A stretch of DNA of 63,172 nucleotides, the filler included, from Octopus bimaculoides (taxonomy: Eukaryota), in NCBI RefSeq assembly GCF_001194135.2. It is 8 parts of 7 records of this genome, joined end to end, with 100 filler letters (N's around TTAATTAATTAA, not from the genome) between each part and the next. Parts side by side here need not be neighbours in the genome. Positions count along the whole stretch, not along the records: positions 31,183 to 37,539 come from NC_068981.1; positions 37,640 to 39,121 come from NC_068994.1; positions 39,222 to 41,455 come from NW_026386985.1; positions 41,556 to 52,095 come from NC_068996.1; 4 more parts are not named here. One strand, given 5' to 3'. Under the pieces are notes generated by a model that worked only from the letters and a program-made list of their open reading frames with translations, ran no database searches and was not told the origin of the DNA. Below, in pieces: positions 35,160-47,922 of this stretch. Both the position numbers and the translations under genes were made by a program. Within the stretch, counting starts at the first letter, position 1; every line of letters begins with the position of its first letter.

Positions 35160-37030
35160 TTTCTTCTCGAGACTATGCTTGGGTGTTTAAAAGATGTTGC
35201 CGAAGGGACATGATGCGACATTCAAAGGCATCTTAGATAAATGTTAAGCCTCTGCCGAGTTGTTTTCGTTTTAGGTCGGAGCGGTCTACGTCACTGTTTA
35301 TATGGAAATTCAGTGTGTTTGTTAGTATTTTTCGGGTTTTCACATCAAGGCTCGGATCTCATGAAGCTTCCGATCAAGCAGCTCTAATGTTGGTACGAGT
35401 ACTGTCACTGCAAATACGTTGTAGGACACTGTTTTATTGAATGTAGAGAGATCTGAGTTCCAAATTTTCTTTATTTGGCTGTAATATTCTTTAGTGGCAC
35501 GTATTTTGTTACAGGTGCCGTTAGAAGATATATTTTCATCTACCCCTAGGTACCAGGAACATTCCTCAACAGATNNNNNNNNNNNNGTCAAATCATTGAC
35601 GGAAATGCTACAAGTCTGGTTTATAGTTTTCCCCCCTATTCACACCCATATGACAACATTTATCCTGACCAAACACCAGCCGTACATCCTTTGGAAATGT
35701 TGTAACTGGCTCAAGGATCTTTTTCATCTCACGCACATTCTTTGCATAAAGCTTTAAGTCATCCACANNNNNNNNNNTAAAGCTTTAAGTCATCCACAAA
35801 GAAACAATGTGTAATTTTGATATTTTTATTTCCTTGTGAACCAGTAAGATATCCTTCAGACCTCCTTAGCATGAATGACAAGGAGTTTACAGAAAATATA
35901 AAGAGCATCACAGAGAGGCTGTCACCTTGGAATATNNNNNNNNNNACAGAAAATATAAAGAGCATCACAGAGAGGCTGTCACCTTGGAATATGCCATTGC
36001 GACACTGCATTCTATCAGTGATAATACAGTCACTCATTGTGTTTAAGTTTNNNNNNNNNNNNNNNNNNNNNNNNNNNNNNNNNNNNNNNNNNNNNNNNNN
36101 NNNNNNNNNNNNNNNNNNNNNNNNNNNNNNNNNNNNNNNNNNNNNNNNNNNNNNNNNNNNNNNNNNNNNNNNNNNNNNNNNNNNNNNNNNNNNNNNNNNN
36201 NNNNNNNNNNNNNNNNNNNNNNNNNNNNNNNNNNNNNNNNNNNNNNNNNNNNNNNNNNNNNNNNNNNNNNNNNNNNNNNNNNNNNNNNNNNNNNNNNNNN
36301 NNNNNNNNNNNNNNNNNNNNNNNNNNNNNNNNNNNNNNNNNNNNNNNNNNNNNNNNNNNNNNNNNNNNNNNNNNNNNNNNNNNNNNNNNNNNNNNNNNNN
36401 NNNNNNNNNNNNNNNNNNNNNNNNNNNNNNNNNNNNNNNNNNNNNNNNNNNNNNNNNNNNNNNNNNNNNNNNNNNNNNNNNNNNNNNNNNNNNNNNNNNN
36501 NNNNNNNNNNNNNNNNNNNNNNNNNNNNNNNNNNNNNNNNNNNNNNNNNNNNNNNNNNNNNNNNNNNNNNNNNNNNNNNNNNNNNNNNNNNNNNNNNNNN
36601 NNNNNNNNNNNNNNNNNNNNNNNNNNNNNNNNNNNNNNNNNNNNNNNNNNNNNNNNNNNNNNNNNNNNNNNNNNNNNNNNNNNNNNNNNNNNNNNNNNNN
36701 NNNNNNNNNNNNNNNNNNNNNNNNNNNNNNNNNNNNNNNNNNNNNNNNNNNNNNNNNNNNNNNNNNNNNNNNNNNNNNNNNNNNNNNNNNNNNNNNNNNN
36801 NNNNNNNNNNNNNNNNNNNNNNNNNNNNNNNNNNNNNNNNNNNNNNNNNNNNNNNNNNNNNNNNNNNNNNNNNNNNNNNNNNNNNNNNNNNNNNNNNNNN
36901 NNNNNNNNNNNCAATCACACGAAGAAAAGCAACATCCCAACTCTCCACAATTTGGTCGTTCTTCCTAACGATATCTTTCGTTGTAAAACGAAGAAAATAA
37001 ATACCTCCTTAACTGAATATCCCTCGACCA
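35160..37030 (-). mobile_element. R4/Dong-like LINE copy 2 (gap-ridden)
   Basis: Highly similar to 32800-33480 and 34050-34170 (GIFQGDSLS, FFVDDLKL). Confidence 0.85.
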
Positions 37031-37130
37031 NNNNNNNNNNNNNNNNNNNNNNNNNNNNNNNNNNNNNNNNNNNNNNNNNNNNNNNNNNNNNNNNNNNNNN
37101 NNNNNNNNNNNNNNNNNNNNNNNNNNNNNN

Positions 37131-37380
37131 CTTTCTCAATTAAGACTATGTCTGACTTCCTATTCTCTTTCTTATGGTTGCACTGAATCATAAAATCCCA
37201 TTGGATCTTTGCATTTCTATTTTCGACAAAGCCATCAGGATAGTGGTTGTACCAATTTTTTGCTCTGTCAAGTCCATACTTGTTGCAAATTGTCCAATGG
37301 ACAAGCCTGGCTATATTGTTGTGGCGTCTCTTATATTTCTTCTGGACTAGTGGCGTACATTGGCTGGTAATACACCATAT
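37131..37380 (-). mobile_element. R4/Dong-like LINE endonuclease-region fragment
   Basis: YKRRHNNIARLVHW..ENRNAKIQWDF..RKSDIVLIEK (RHN and PD-(D/E)xK region). Confidence 0.85.
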
Positions 37381-37639
37381 GGTTATTATTATTATCATTA
37401 TGTTGTTTTTCTTCTTCTTTCTTCAAATTTTCTTCCATTTCTCGCCGAGTGTTTTCCGTACACCTAGGGCAGAGAAACTCGTTGTAGGCATTCCCAGTTT
37501 ACACACGCAAATTCACAGGTAAAACATGTATTTAAGAAANNNNNNNNNNNNNNNNNNNNNNNNNNNNNNNNNNNNNNNNNNNNTTAATTAATTAANNNNN
37601 NNNNNNNNNNNNNNNNNNNNNNNNNNNNNNNNNNNNNNN

Positions 37640-37925
37640 AGGCGGAAACTGAAAGAAGCCTGTCGTATATATTTATATGTATATGTATATATATATATAT
37701 GTGTGTGTGTGTTTGTGTGTCTGTGTTTGTTCCCCCAACATCGTTTGACAACCGATGCTGGTGTGTTAATGTCCCCGTAACTTAGCGGTTCGGCAAAAGA
37801 GACCAATAGAATAAGTACTAGGCTTACAAAGAATAAGTCCTGGGGTTGATTTGCTCGACTAAAGGTGGTGGTCCAGCATGGCCGCAGTCAAATGACTGAA
37901 ACAAGTAAAAGAGTAAAAGAGTAAA
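37640..37925 (+). mobile_element. Abundant SINE with an internal (TA)n(TG)n tract and a LINE-like tail
   Basis: Homologous copies at about 54085-54330 (+), 11150-11420 (-) and 7190-7410 (-, partial). Confidence 0.8.
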
Positions 37926-38279
37926 CCAAGAATCTATGCTGTATGGCATTTGATATACCTGTATTTGTCTATGTTGATAATAATGTTCTTTGTTAATCAT
38001 TGTGTGTCATAACTCCCTGAGCTACATGGTAGATGATACACATGTGGTAAGCTAAGCTTGCCACATGTATATAGCCCTACTTTGCCAGTATTTTCAACAT
38101 CTCTTTAATCATTCCAGATGGTCTTGTTACTTTCTCTGTCTATATGTCTTTTTATCATTATGGATATATTTTAAAGCAAAGATATTTTCATTGGCACTGC
38201 ACTTGGAGAAGTGGAGCACAAGCATACGCACACACACACACACACACACACACATGCACACACACACATGCACACATGT

Positions 38280-38578
38280 ATAATGATGATGATGAAGTTA
38301 TACAGGTTTTGTTGATGACAATGATGGTGATGACGATTATGATGATGATAATGAGTAAACTGGTGATGCTGATGATGACAACAGCAACGGCAATAATTAA
38401 GATGTCATTGACAATGACTATGATAACGATGCTGAACATGATGATGATGATGATGGAAGTGGTGATGATGATGATGATGATGATGATAACAATGATGACG
38501 ACAACAACAACATTAATGACGACGATAACGATGATCGTGGCAATGATGATGATGAGGATGATGATGATGATGATGATG

Positions 38579-38609
<31 letters not shown>

Positions 38610-38660
38610 CAATAACGATGACAATAACGATGACAATGACGATGATGATGATGACAATGA
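38280..38660. repeat. Imperfect (GAT/GAC/AAT)n trinucleotide tract
   Basis: Direct inspection; source of the spurious poly-Met, poly-Ile and poly-Ser ORFs. Confidence 0.95.
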
Positions 38661-39080
38661 AGCAGCAGCTGCTACTCATAATGAGAGCTTGATAGTGATG
38701 TTAACGATGTTATTTCAATTTCATTACAACTGTATGAATTTAGAAGAGGCATTATACATGTTTTGTTTAAACACACATGCAGTATCATTTATATACGTCT
38801 CGCACTCTTGCCCCTTCTCTCTATATTATATTTGTACATATTTGTCTACACATGTATGCGTGTGAGTGTATATATATGTGTGTGTATGTGTATGTATATA
38901 TATGGTACACATATATATTACATATATATATATATATATATGTACATACATAATTATATGTATATGTAATATATATATACATATATGTGTATACATATAT
39001 ATATTTATATATGTTTAAATATATATATATACATATATATATACGTAATATATATATACATATACATATATATATATATG

Positions 39081-39121
<41 letters not shown>

Positions 39122-39289
39122 NNNNNNNNNNNNNNNNNNNNNNNNNNNNNNNNNNNNNNNNNNNNTTAATTAATTAANNNNNNNNNNNNNNNNNNNNNNN
39201 NNNNNNNNNNNNNNNNNNNNNTCTAGTTAGGTCGTGGTGATCTAAGTATTCATTATTATAAACGAGCTTTAAGAGGAGGCCTAGTACCC

Positions 39290-39675
39290 TCGTGTTCACT
39301 TCACGGAAGGTTACTTCACTTTCCGAAATAATTTTTCGAAAAATCCTCAAAAGTACCAAGTTGAGGATAAATGTTATAGAAAAACCAGGGAGATCAATTA
39401 GATCAATAATATGTAAAACATATCCCTTCAGAAGAACAAGGTGTGTTGAGGAGAGTTCATTGTGTGCAAAAATAGTCCTGGTGCCAACTGCAAAGCCAGA
39501 AATGTAGTCTACAAAATAAGCTGTATGGATGGTGAGTGTAAAAACAGAAACACGACATACATAGGTGAGACGGCAAGAAGTTTGGCTGAGCGTGTAAACG
39601 AACATTGGAGGGACTATAATAATCAAAAACAAACCTCGGTGCTCTACCAGCATGCCAAAGAACAACATGGTGGTG
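39290..39675 (+). mobile_element. Penelope-like GIY-YIG endonuclease fragment
   Basis: NCKARNVVYKISC..TYIGETARSLAERVNEH..SVLYQHAKEQH. Confidence 0.92.
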
Positions 39676-41022
39676 NNNNNNNNNNNNNNNNNNNNNNNNN
39701 NNNNNNNNNNNNNNNNNNNNNNNNNNNNNNNNNNNNNNNNNNNNNNNNNNNNNNNNNNNNNNNNNNNNNNNNNNNNNNNNNNNNNNNNNNNNNNNNNNNN
39801 NNNNNNNNNNNNNNNNNNNNNNNNNNNNNNNNNNNNNNNNNNNNNNNNNNNNNNNNNNNNNNNNNNNNNNNNNNNNNNNNNNNNNNNNNNNNNNNNNNNN
39901 NNNNNNNNNNNNNNNNNNNNNNNNNNNNNNNNNNNNNNNNNNNNNNNNNNNNNNNNNNNNNNNNNNNNNNNNNNNNNNNNNNNNNNNNNNNNNNNNNNNN
40001 NNNNNNNNNNNNNNNNNNNNNNNNNNNNNNNNNNNNNNNNNNNNNNNNNNNNNNNNNNNNNNNNNNNNNNNNNNNNNNNNNNNNNNNNNNNNNNNNNNNN
40101 NNNNNNNNNNNNNNNNNNNNNNNNNNNNNNNNNNNNNNNNNNNNNNNNNNNNNNNNNNNNNNNNNNNNNNNNNNNNNNNNNNNNNNNNNNNNNNNNNNNN
40201 NNNNNNNNNNNNNNNNNNNNNNNNNNNNNNNNNNNNNNNNNNNNNNNNNNNNNNNNNNNNNNNNNNNNNNNNNNNNNNNNNNNNNNNNNNNNNNNNNNNN
40301 NNNNNNNNNNNNNNNNNNNNNNNNNNNNNNNNNNNNNNNNNNNNNNNNNNNNNNNNNNNNNNNNNNNNNNNNNNNNNNNNNNNNNNNNNNNNNNNNNNNN
40401 NNNNNNNNNNNNNNNNNNNNNNNNNNNNNNNNNNNNNNNNNNNNNNNNNNNNNNNNNNNNNNNNNNNNNNNNNNNNNNNNNNNNNNNNNNNNNNNNNNNN
40501 NNNNNNNNNNNNNNNNNNNNNNNNNNNNNNNNNNNNNNNNNNNNNNNNNNNNNNNNNNNNNNNNNNNNNNNNNNNNNNNNNNNNNNNNNNNNNNNNNNNN
40601 NNNNNNNNNNNNNATATATATATATATAATTTTAAAATAGGATAAAATCTTTATAAAAATTTATCAAGTAGTCAGCGTGAAAAACCTCATAAGGGAAAAT
40701 TATTAATTATTCCTTTTAAATATATTTGCTTATATTAAGGGCATTGCTTTACATAAATGCCTCACGCTACGAGGGGCTCTTAAAGTCAAAACTACCATAA
40801 TAAACACATTTTACCGAACGCGAGGAAATGCAACTCTCGAAGTGAGCATCTTAAAAACAGATTCAGCCGCAGATCTTATGATTTCATAATTAGTGCACAA
40901 AATGCACTTTTTAATCGTCGGTGCTGGCGTAATCATGACACATAAAAAATGAACAAAAAAAAATCAACATACCAGACGAACACCAAATATATCCCGTATA
41001 GTACATAGAGTTGTTTACTCAT

Positions 41023-41056
<34 letters not shown>

Positions 41057-41420
41057 TGTCATTATTCAGTTTTATTTCAAGATTTCTTGCCTATAGAGAA
41101 AGAACCGGTTTCTAACTTAGATCCAAGGCTCCTTCATTGGAATTTCAACATCAACAACAGGGTATTTTTTTATGTATATATGTATGTATGTATGTATGTA
41201 TATGTGCAAATTTGTGTGCTTTGTTTTATGTATGTCTTCTCATGCGTATATTTGCATATCTAGACATGCTCATATATACTTAAATGATAAACTTCTGGAA
41301 AATTTTACAGATTTTTACAGTTCTAGTGATGGTTAAGATCTGTAGTCTTCGAATCAACTTTCTCCTTTCTGGTTTTGAGAAACCTATTTTCTCAAGATTG
41401 GTATTTAGACAGTGTGTTAC

Positions 41421-41451
<31 letters not shown>

Positions 41452-41630
41452 TGTANNNNNNNNNNNNNNNNNNNNNNNNNNNNNNNNNNNNNNNNNNNNT
41501 TAATTAATTAANNNNNNNNNNNNNNNNNNNNNNNNNNNNNNNNNNNNNNNNNNNNTCTATAGGTTACTTTTTACCGAACCGCTCAGTTACGGAAACATAA
41601 ACAAACAAACATTAGATGGACACACATGCG

Positions 41631-41667
<37 letters not shown>

Positions 41668-42941
41668 ATGCTTATATATACGTATGCTTATATATACGTA
41701 TGCTTATATATGTCAGATCGCTCTAGGGCGCTACTGGTAACTAGTAACCCAGTACAACCTGTTGCATGATTGAGTCGTCGGCGACTAAACTGGATTCCAT
41801 CAAGCTTGCTTGTTGAGGAGGGTAATTGTTGGACACCTTGCAGGACGAAAAATAAGACCTGTCAATGGGCGGAAGAGCTCATGTGCAGTCAACGGCCAAC
41901 CAACAATGTGTGTGCATGTGTATGTATGCGTGGGGACGTGGAAATACCTGGGTTGGTGTCAAGGCGCGCAGTTGGCTCACTGAGAGTGGGAAGCCCCTCT
42001 GTTATTGTCACACCATCTCTCTAGGAGAGGGAAACTTCGAGAGAAAACCTGCGACACTGACAATATTCGATGATGTAGACTAGTTCTTCTTTTTGAGTTT
42101 ATGCTGTCCCTGTTCAGAGAGTGGGATTAGATTTGTGCAAATCCTTGCCCCACTATAAAAAAATCATCATGCACAGGCATCGCTTGAAAAAAGTAAGACC
42201 TATCACAAAAACGGTTCGTCGTAGCCTTCGTATGTGTGGGTCTTTCGATGAAGCGATTGCAGTACTCGAACACGAGTTCGCAGCCATCATATATATATAT
42301 ATNNNNNNNNNNNNNNNNNNNNNNNNNNNNNNNNNNNNNNNNNNNNNNNNNNNNNNNNNNNNNNNNNNNNNNNNNNNNNNNNNNNNNNNNNNNNNNNNNN
42401 NNNNNNNNNNNNNNNNNNNNNNNNNNNNNNNNNNNNNNNNNNNNNNNNNNNNNNNNNNNNNNNNNNNNNNNNNNNNNNNNNNNNNNNNNNNNNNNNNNNN
42501 NNNNNNNNNNNNNNNNNNNNNNNNNNNNNNNNNNNNNNNNNNNNNNNNNNNNNNNNNNNNNNNNNNNNNNNNNNNNNNNNNNNNNNNNNNNNNNNNNNNN
42601 NNNNNNNNNNNNNNNNNNNNNNNNNNNNNNNNNNNNNNNNNNNNNNNNNNNNNNNNNNNNNNNNNNNNNNNNNNNNNNNNNNNNNNNNNNNNNNNNNNNN
42701 NNNNNNNNNNNNNNNNNNNNNNNNNNNNNNNNNNNNNNNNNNNNNNNNNNNNNNNNNNNNNNNNNNNNNNNNNNNNNNNNNNNNNNNNNNNNNNNNNNNN
42801 NNNNNNNNNNNNNNNNNNNNNNNNNNNNNNNNNNNNNNNNNNNNNNNNNNNNNNNNNNNNNNNNNNNNNNNNNNNNNNNNNNNNNNNNNNNNNNNNNNNN
42901 NNNNNNNNNNNNNNNNTATATATATATATATATATATATAT

Positions 42942-43830
42942 CAGGGTGTGTCAATTTTAATAACTTACTAAAAATCTAATTTTGTAGTGAAATCATAGTG
43001 CTCTATTTACTCCTCGACTTAAGATATACATACCAAAATGGATTAAGATAACTCTAACCTACATCAAATTTATCATAAATGTTCAACATGGTGTTGTTTT
43101 GAAACAATAACTGAAAATTTATATGAAAAACAGATTAGACTCAAAATATTACTCTTATATTATCTTTTAATTGGTTAAATGCATTTTTACTCTTTTCAGA
43201 TATTCACAAGATGTCAACGATGAAGACTAGAGGCCAATTGTCATCCCACTTGTGATTGTTAATTGGTACAGGGAAAGAGCTTCCAACAGTGAGAGACGTT
43301 TTAAGACTTGAGTTACTACTTTGGGAACAAAATTCCAAGGACAGAAGGAACTGTACAGATAAGGAATTCATACATGATATAATGTCCCATTTTCTGAGCC
43401 AATGGACAAAGCTAATACGTAATTCAAACCCTAACCCTAATTCAAACCGCCAGTTTGAGCTAAAACTATTTGAGTGAACAATTGAGCTAAAACTAATGGG
43501 ATTGTGGTGGAAAGCAGTACATACATCATTTGGTAAAGGAAATTTGACAATGAAAAATGCTTTTCTACACTTGATACACTGTTCGATATTTTGAGCTACA
43601 AATGTTTTATAGTTTTGTGTTCAAAAGAGGATTGTTCTCTAACTGATAAGAGAGGAAATCATTCCCAAATTGACTGCTGTTGCCCCCGTGAAAAGAAGAT
43701 AATTTTCCTAGAGCTAGATTTCATAAGCTCACAGAGGACAAAGACAGGAAGCCAAGGTAGTATGCAAATGGGCTCAACTGATTATAAAGAAAGTAAGAGA
43801 CAGATTTCTACTGCAAAAAGGAAAGGTCTT

Positions 43831-43906
<76 letters not shown>

Positions 43907-45848
43907 AGAAAAGAAGAGAATGATGTGTGAAGTTATGCAAAGAGTAGAACAGCATGGCCATGATGTTTATCAGTTGTTTGATAGTTCTTCTGAAGAAAAT
44001 GAAGTGATTTCAGATGATAATTCTAAAGAATCTTCTGAAGCCATATCAAAGAAAGGAAAATACAATACAAGAGACATTTCGACTATTGCATTAGCTAGTA
44101 TTCGTCACCATACTGGACTCCGTGAGGCTGCTGAAATTGCAACCGCGGCTTGGATAGATGCACGCCTCATCAGTCAAGAGGATTCATCCTTGGTTATAGA
44201 TCATAAAAAAACTTAGAAGAGCGAAAGAAAAAGTAATGAGTGAGATATCTGATCAGCAAGAAAAATAATTAAAAGGAGGGCTCTCTTGTCTTTTGTTTGA
44301 TCGAAGAATAGATGAAACCAAAGTTATGGTTGAAGTAGATGGAATTTCCAGAAAATTTCCAGGTCTAATCAAAGAGCACTACACTGTTTACTCTGAACCT
44401 GGTGGTCAGTTTTTGTTTCATTTTACACCTGAAGTCGAAGTGGAAGGGGAAAAACATGCAGAGGTAATTGCTGATAATATTTTATGCTGGCTTCAAGAGA
44501 GAGGGCTTGAAAATTCAGTGGAGGCTATTGGTGGGAATTCAACAGCAGTGAATAATGGCTGGAAGGGAGGTGCAATGAGTTATTTAGAGTAAAACTTGAA
44601 AGAAGACTTATTTGGATTGTATGTGATTTTCATACAGGTGAGCTACCTCTTCCTCACCTCATCCATTGATGGTCCAACAAAAAGCAATAAGTGGTCAGGT
44701 CCTCTTGGCAACATGTTGGATGAAACAACACAACTAGAAATAAATGCAAACTTTCCAAAGATTGAAGTAAGCCCTCCCATTCCAGTGCTGCCAGAAGAAA
44801 TTGTTCAAGACCTTAGTGCAGATTAGTCCTATGCTTATCATATTGATCAAGCAATAAGATCAGATGAAGTACCTCAGTTATTGGCTCTCTTGGAGATTAG
44901 ACCTGTTATTCACAGTCATTGGTTAACTACAGCTCTGCGCTTCGGCAGGATTTGGATTTCTAGACACCAATTGAAGGGAAGGGCTCTAAAGAATTGGAGA
45001 TTAATTGTTGAATTTATAATTGGTGTCTATCTTCCGAACTGGTTTAATATTAAGCTCGATCCAAAATGGGTCGATGGTCCCAATCACCTTTGTTTCAATT
45101 GCAGCTTGTAAGAACACAAAATAAGTTGGTGAAGGATATCGTATTACCTGTGGTGAGGAGGTCCGCATGGTATGCTCGATCAGAAGCAGTGTTGCAAGCA
45201 ATGCTTTCCAGCCAATGTTCAAATCTTCGTACTGAGGCTATAATAGCCATTCTAAGAATTAGAGGTACCCATTTGAAGATGACCAGTTGGGAGTCTGCTC
45301 ATTTAGTGAAAAAAAAGCAGTTCAATTAAATGTCAATGCCACCAAGCCGTTTGAGTTGGTTGATCTAAGTTCTGAGGCCTTGGAACCACCATTGACAACA
45401 TCCTTAACTAGTAAGAATCTCAAAAGCTTTAAAGACACACCAGTGATAGTACCGAAATGGCCATCACACTCAAAGCAGTAAGAGGTGTGTTAAAATGGTC
45501 ACTGAAGCTGCGAGTCATGTTTACAGTCACGAGAAGCGAGAGGATTACATCAAAGCACAAGCAGTCAGCCAGCAACTGATGAAAAGAAACAACAGCAAGA
45601 AGGATGTGAAGGCTTTGACTACTTTCAAATAGTAAATTGGAATGTATAATAGTATATATGAAACTTGAAACAGAAAGATGCTGGTGAAAACCAGTTATGT
45701 TCAAAATTCTCAAAACATAGATTTCAAACTTATATTGATGTAGTTAAGAGTTAATCAAAAATTTTACCAGAATCTTTTTTTATATGCTAAAAGGCAACAA
45801 TAAATTACTACCAACATTAAAGATTATGAATTTTCCTATTTACTCTCC
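42942..45848 (+). mobile_element. Degenerate DDE DNA transposon, hATm-like
   Basis: End CAGGGTGTGTCAATTTT; FDRRIDET, KEHYTV..EPGG, GGNSTAVNNGWKGG, WIVCDFH, IDGPT, HSHWLTTA, VYLPNWFNIK, (Q)AVERCVKMVTEA; many stops and frameshifts; family label from memory. Confidence 0.75.
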
Positions 45849-46619
45849 NNNNNNNNNNNNNNNNNNNNNNNNNNNNNNNNNNNNNNNNNNNNNNNNNNNN
45901 NNNNNNNNNNNNNNNNNNNNNNNNNNNNNNNNNNNNNNNNNNNNNNNNNNNNNNNNNNNNNNNNNNNAACTGAACCCGGAACAATATGGTTGGGCTGAAA
46001 AGTTAGGTGAACGTATCAATGAAATCGTCTAAGATACATGAATTTCTATCTAGGAAGCAGGAGTTCCAAAAGGAGAAAAACAAAAACTATTCCGTTAATA
46101 GCACGCCCTTCTCGGTGACTCAACGACGGAAGAGCCACTGGATCAAACTAAACTACCAAAAGTTTGCTATTGTAATTATTTCAGTCATTTCAGTTACGAC
46201 AAGGTTATTGAAGATATGAAATGACGATTTAATGGTGATAACATAGACATACTTTGTACACTCGACTACATTATCCTAAATCTTAATACATCAAATGACT
46301 CAGACGAGTGCAGTTAAATTGTTTTACGACATATGGTGTTGATCTAGATCTTCGAAAAACAGAAATGGTAATCTATGGAAAGTTTGTTTTTGACCATGTC
46401 TACCTATCACTTTCACAGTCAACTGCAATTGGTGATACCGAAACAGTTTATAAGAATACTCTTCGTGGCATACATTCAGTCTTCATGAAAATCGAGCATT
46501 CTTGCTACATCATGTTCTGTAGGGAATCCCTTCAGATGAATGGAGATTATCAGAGGAGTACAGTGGGCCGAACATAATTAAAACGGTGGAAATACTTAAT
46601 GTTGGTTACAAATTTTGGC

Positions 46620-47015
46620 ACAAGTCCTGCAGTTTCGAGGGAGACGTTAAGTCGATTATTTTACCGACCCCGAAAGGATGAAAGTCGACCTCCGCGGCAT
46701 TTGAACCCAGAACGTAAAGTCGGAAGAAATGCCGTTAAACACTTTTCCCGGCACAGTAATGAATCTGCCAGCTCGCCGCCCTAAGGGGGAAATACTGGTT
46801 TCAAATTTTAGCACAAGGTCAGCAAGTTCGTGGGGAAGGAGGTAAGTCGATTACATCGAATCCCAGTGCTCAACTGGTTCTTATTTTATCAACCCCGAAA
46901 GGATGACAGACAAAGTCGACCTCGGCGGAATTTGAACTCGGCGGAGAATTTGAACTCGGTATTTGAACTAAGCATTTTGCCCAGAGTGCTAACGATTCTG
47001 CCAGCTCGCCTCCTT
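46620..47015 (-). mobile_element. Two tandem tRNA-derived SINE copies
   Basis: A-box-like GGCGAGCTGGCAGA at 46767-46782 and about 46997-47010; B-box GTTCAAAT. Confidence 0.78.
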
Positions 47016-47085
47016 AAAAGGAAATACTAAATATTAAAAGAAACTTTGCCAAGATGATTTTTGGTAAAAATGTTGATGACATATC

Positions 47086-47116
<31 letters not shown>

Positions 47117-47873
47117 ACACACACCACCACCACTACCACACCACACACGCATATACATATATGTACGCGCATAAGCACGTATTATGCGTAAATGATATAA
47201 ATGTGTATGTACACATATTGATATATATAAATTATTTATAAGCATGTGTTCATATACAAGTATGTGTGTATACATACATACATACATACAAACATACATA
47301 CATACAAACATACATACATACATGCATGCATGCATACATACATACATACATACATACATGCATACATACATACATCGTAGACGAGTATAACCACTTGTGA
47401 GAGAATGCCAGTCAGTCGAGTGGCCCTTCTTAGGGTGCAGACTTAGATATCAGAGGGCGTAGCAGCAGCACAATCTCAGATTGTGGAATTCACTTGAACT
47501 TTGTAGGGTTTCATCAATATTTTTTTTCTTTTTTTGTACGGAGTGAACGAGGTAGCTGAAATATTGTCTGGCCCTGAACTGAAGGGCAAGTCTTTGGAAT
47601 ATGGTGGTTGTTATGCTAAGGATGTGCTTTTGCGTCGTATTTGGAGTGATTGTGAGGGCCCTAGCTGAGTGTCGCTCATGTTTAGAGGTGGATGTAAGTG
47701 TGGTGGTGCTTTCTTCATATGAATAGTGCACCCTTTCTTTTTGGGAGTTGTTAAAAGACACAAAGTTGGCGTAGGCTCGAAGCGTCAAAGACTTTTCCAT
47801 TTTTCCCGAACGTCAAATTAATACACCTGCTTGTTGTTCCCTTACCTGTTTGTCTTTGTTTTTTTCCTACATT

Positions 47874-47921
<48 letters not shown>

Positions 47922-47922
<1 letters not shown>

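Noticed and set aside
38144-38692. Long poly-Met, poly-Ile and poly-Ser ORFs
   Set aside because: Translations of a (GAT)n microsatellite
41715-42120. GC-richer block resembling a LINE 5' UTR, possibly with an HDV-like ribozyme
   Set aside because: I could not assemble the nested double pseudoknot by eye, and no linked ORF follows
35759-42979. ORFs of 250-390 aa in the track
   Set aside because: Made almost entirely of N (X) positions
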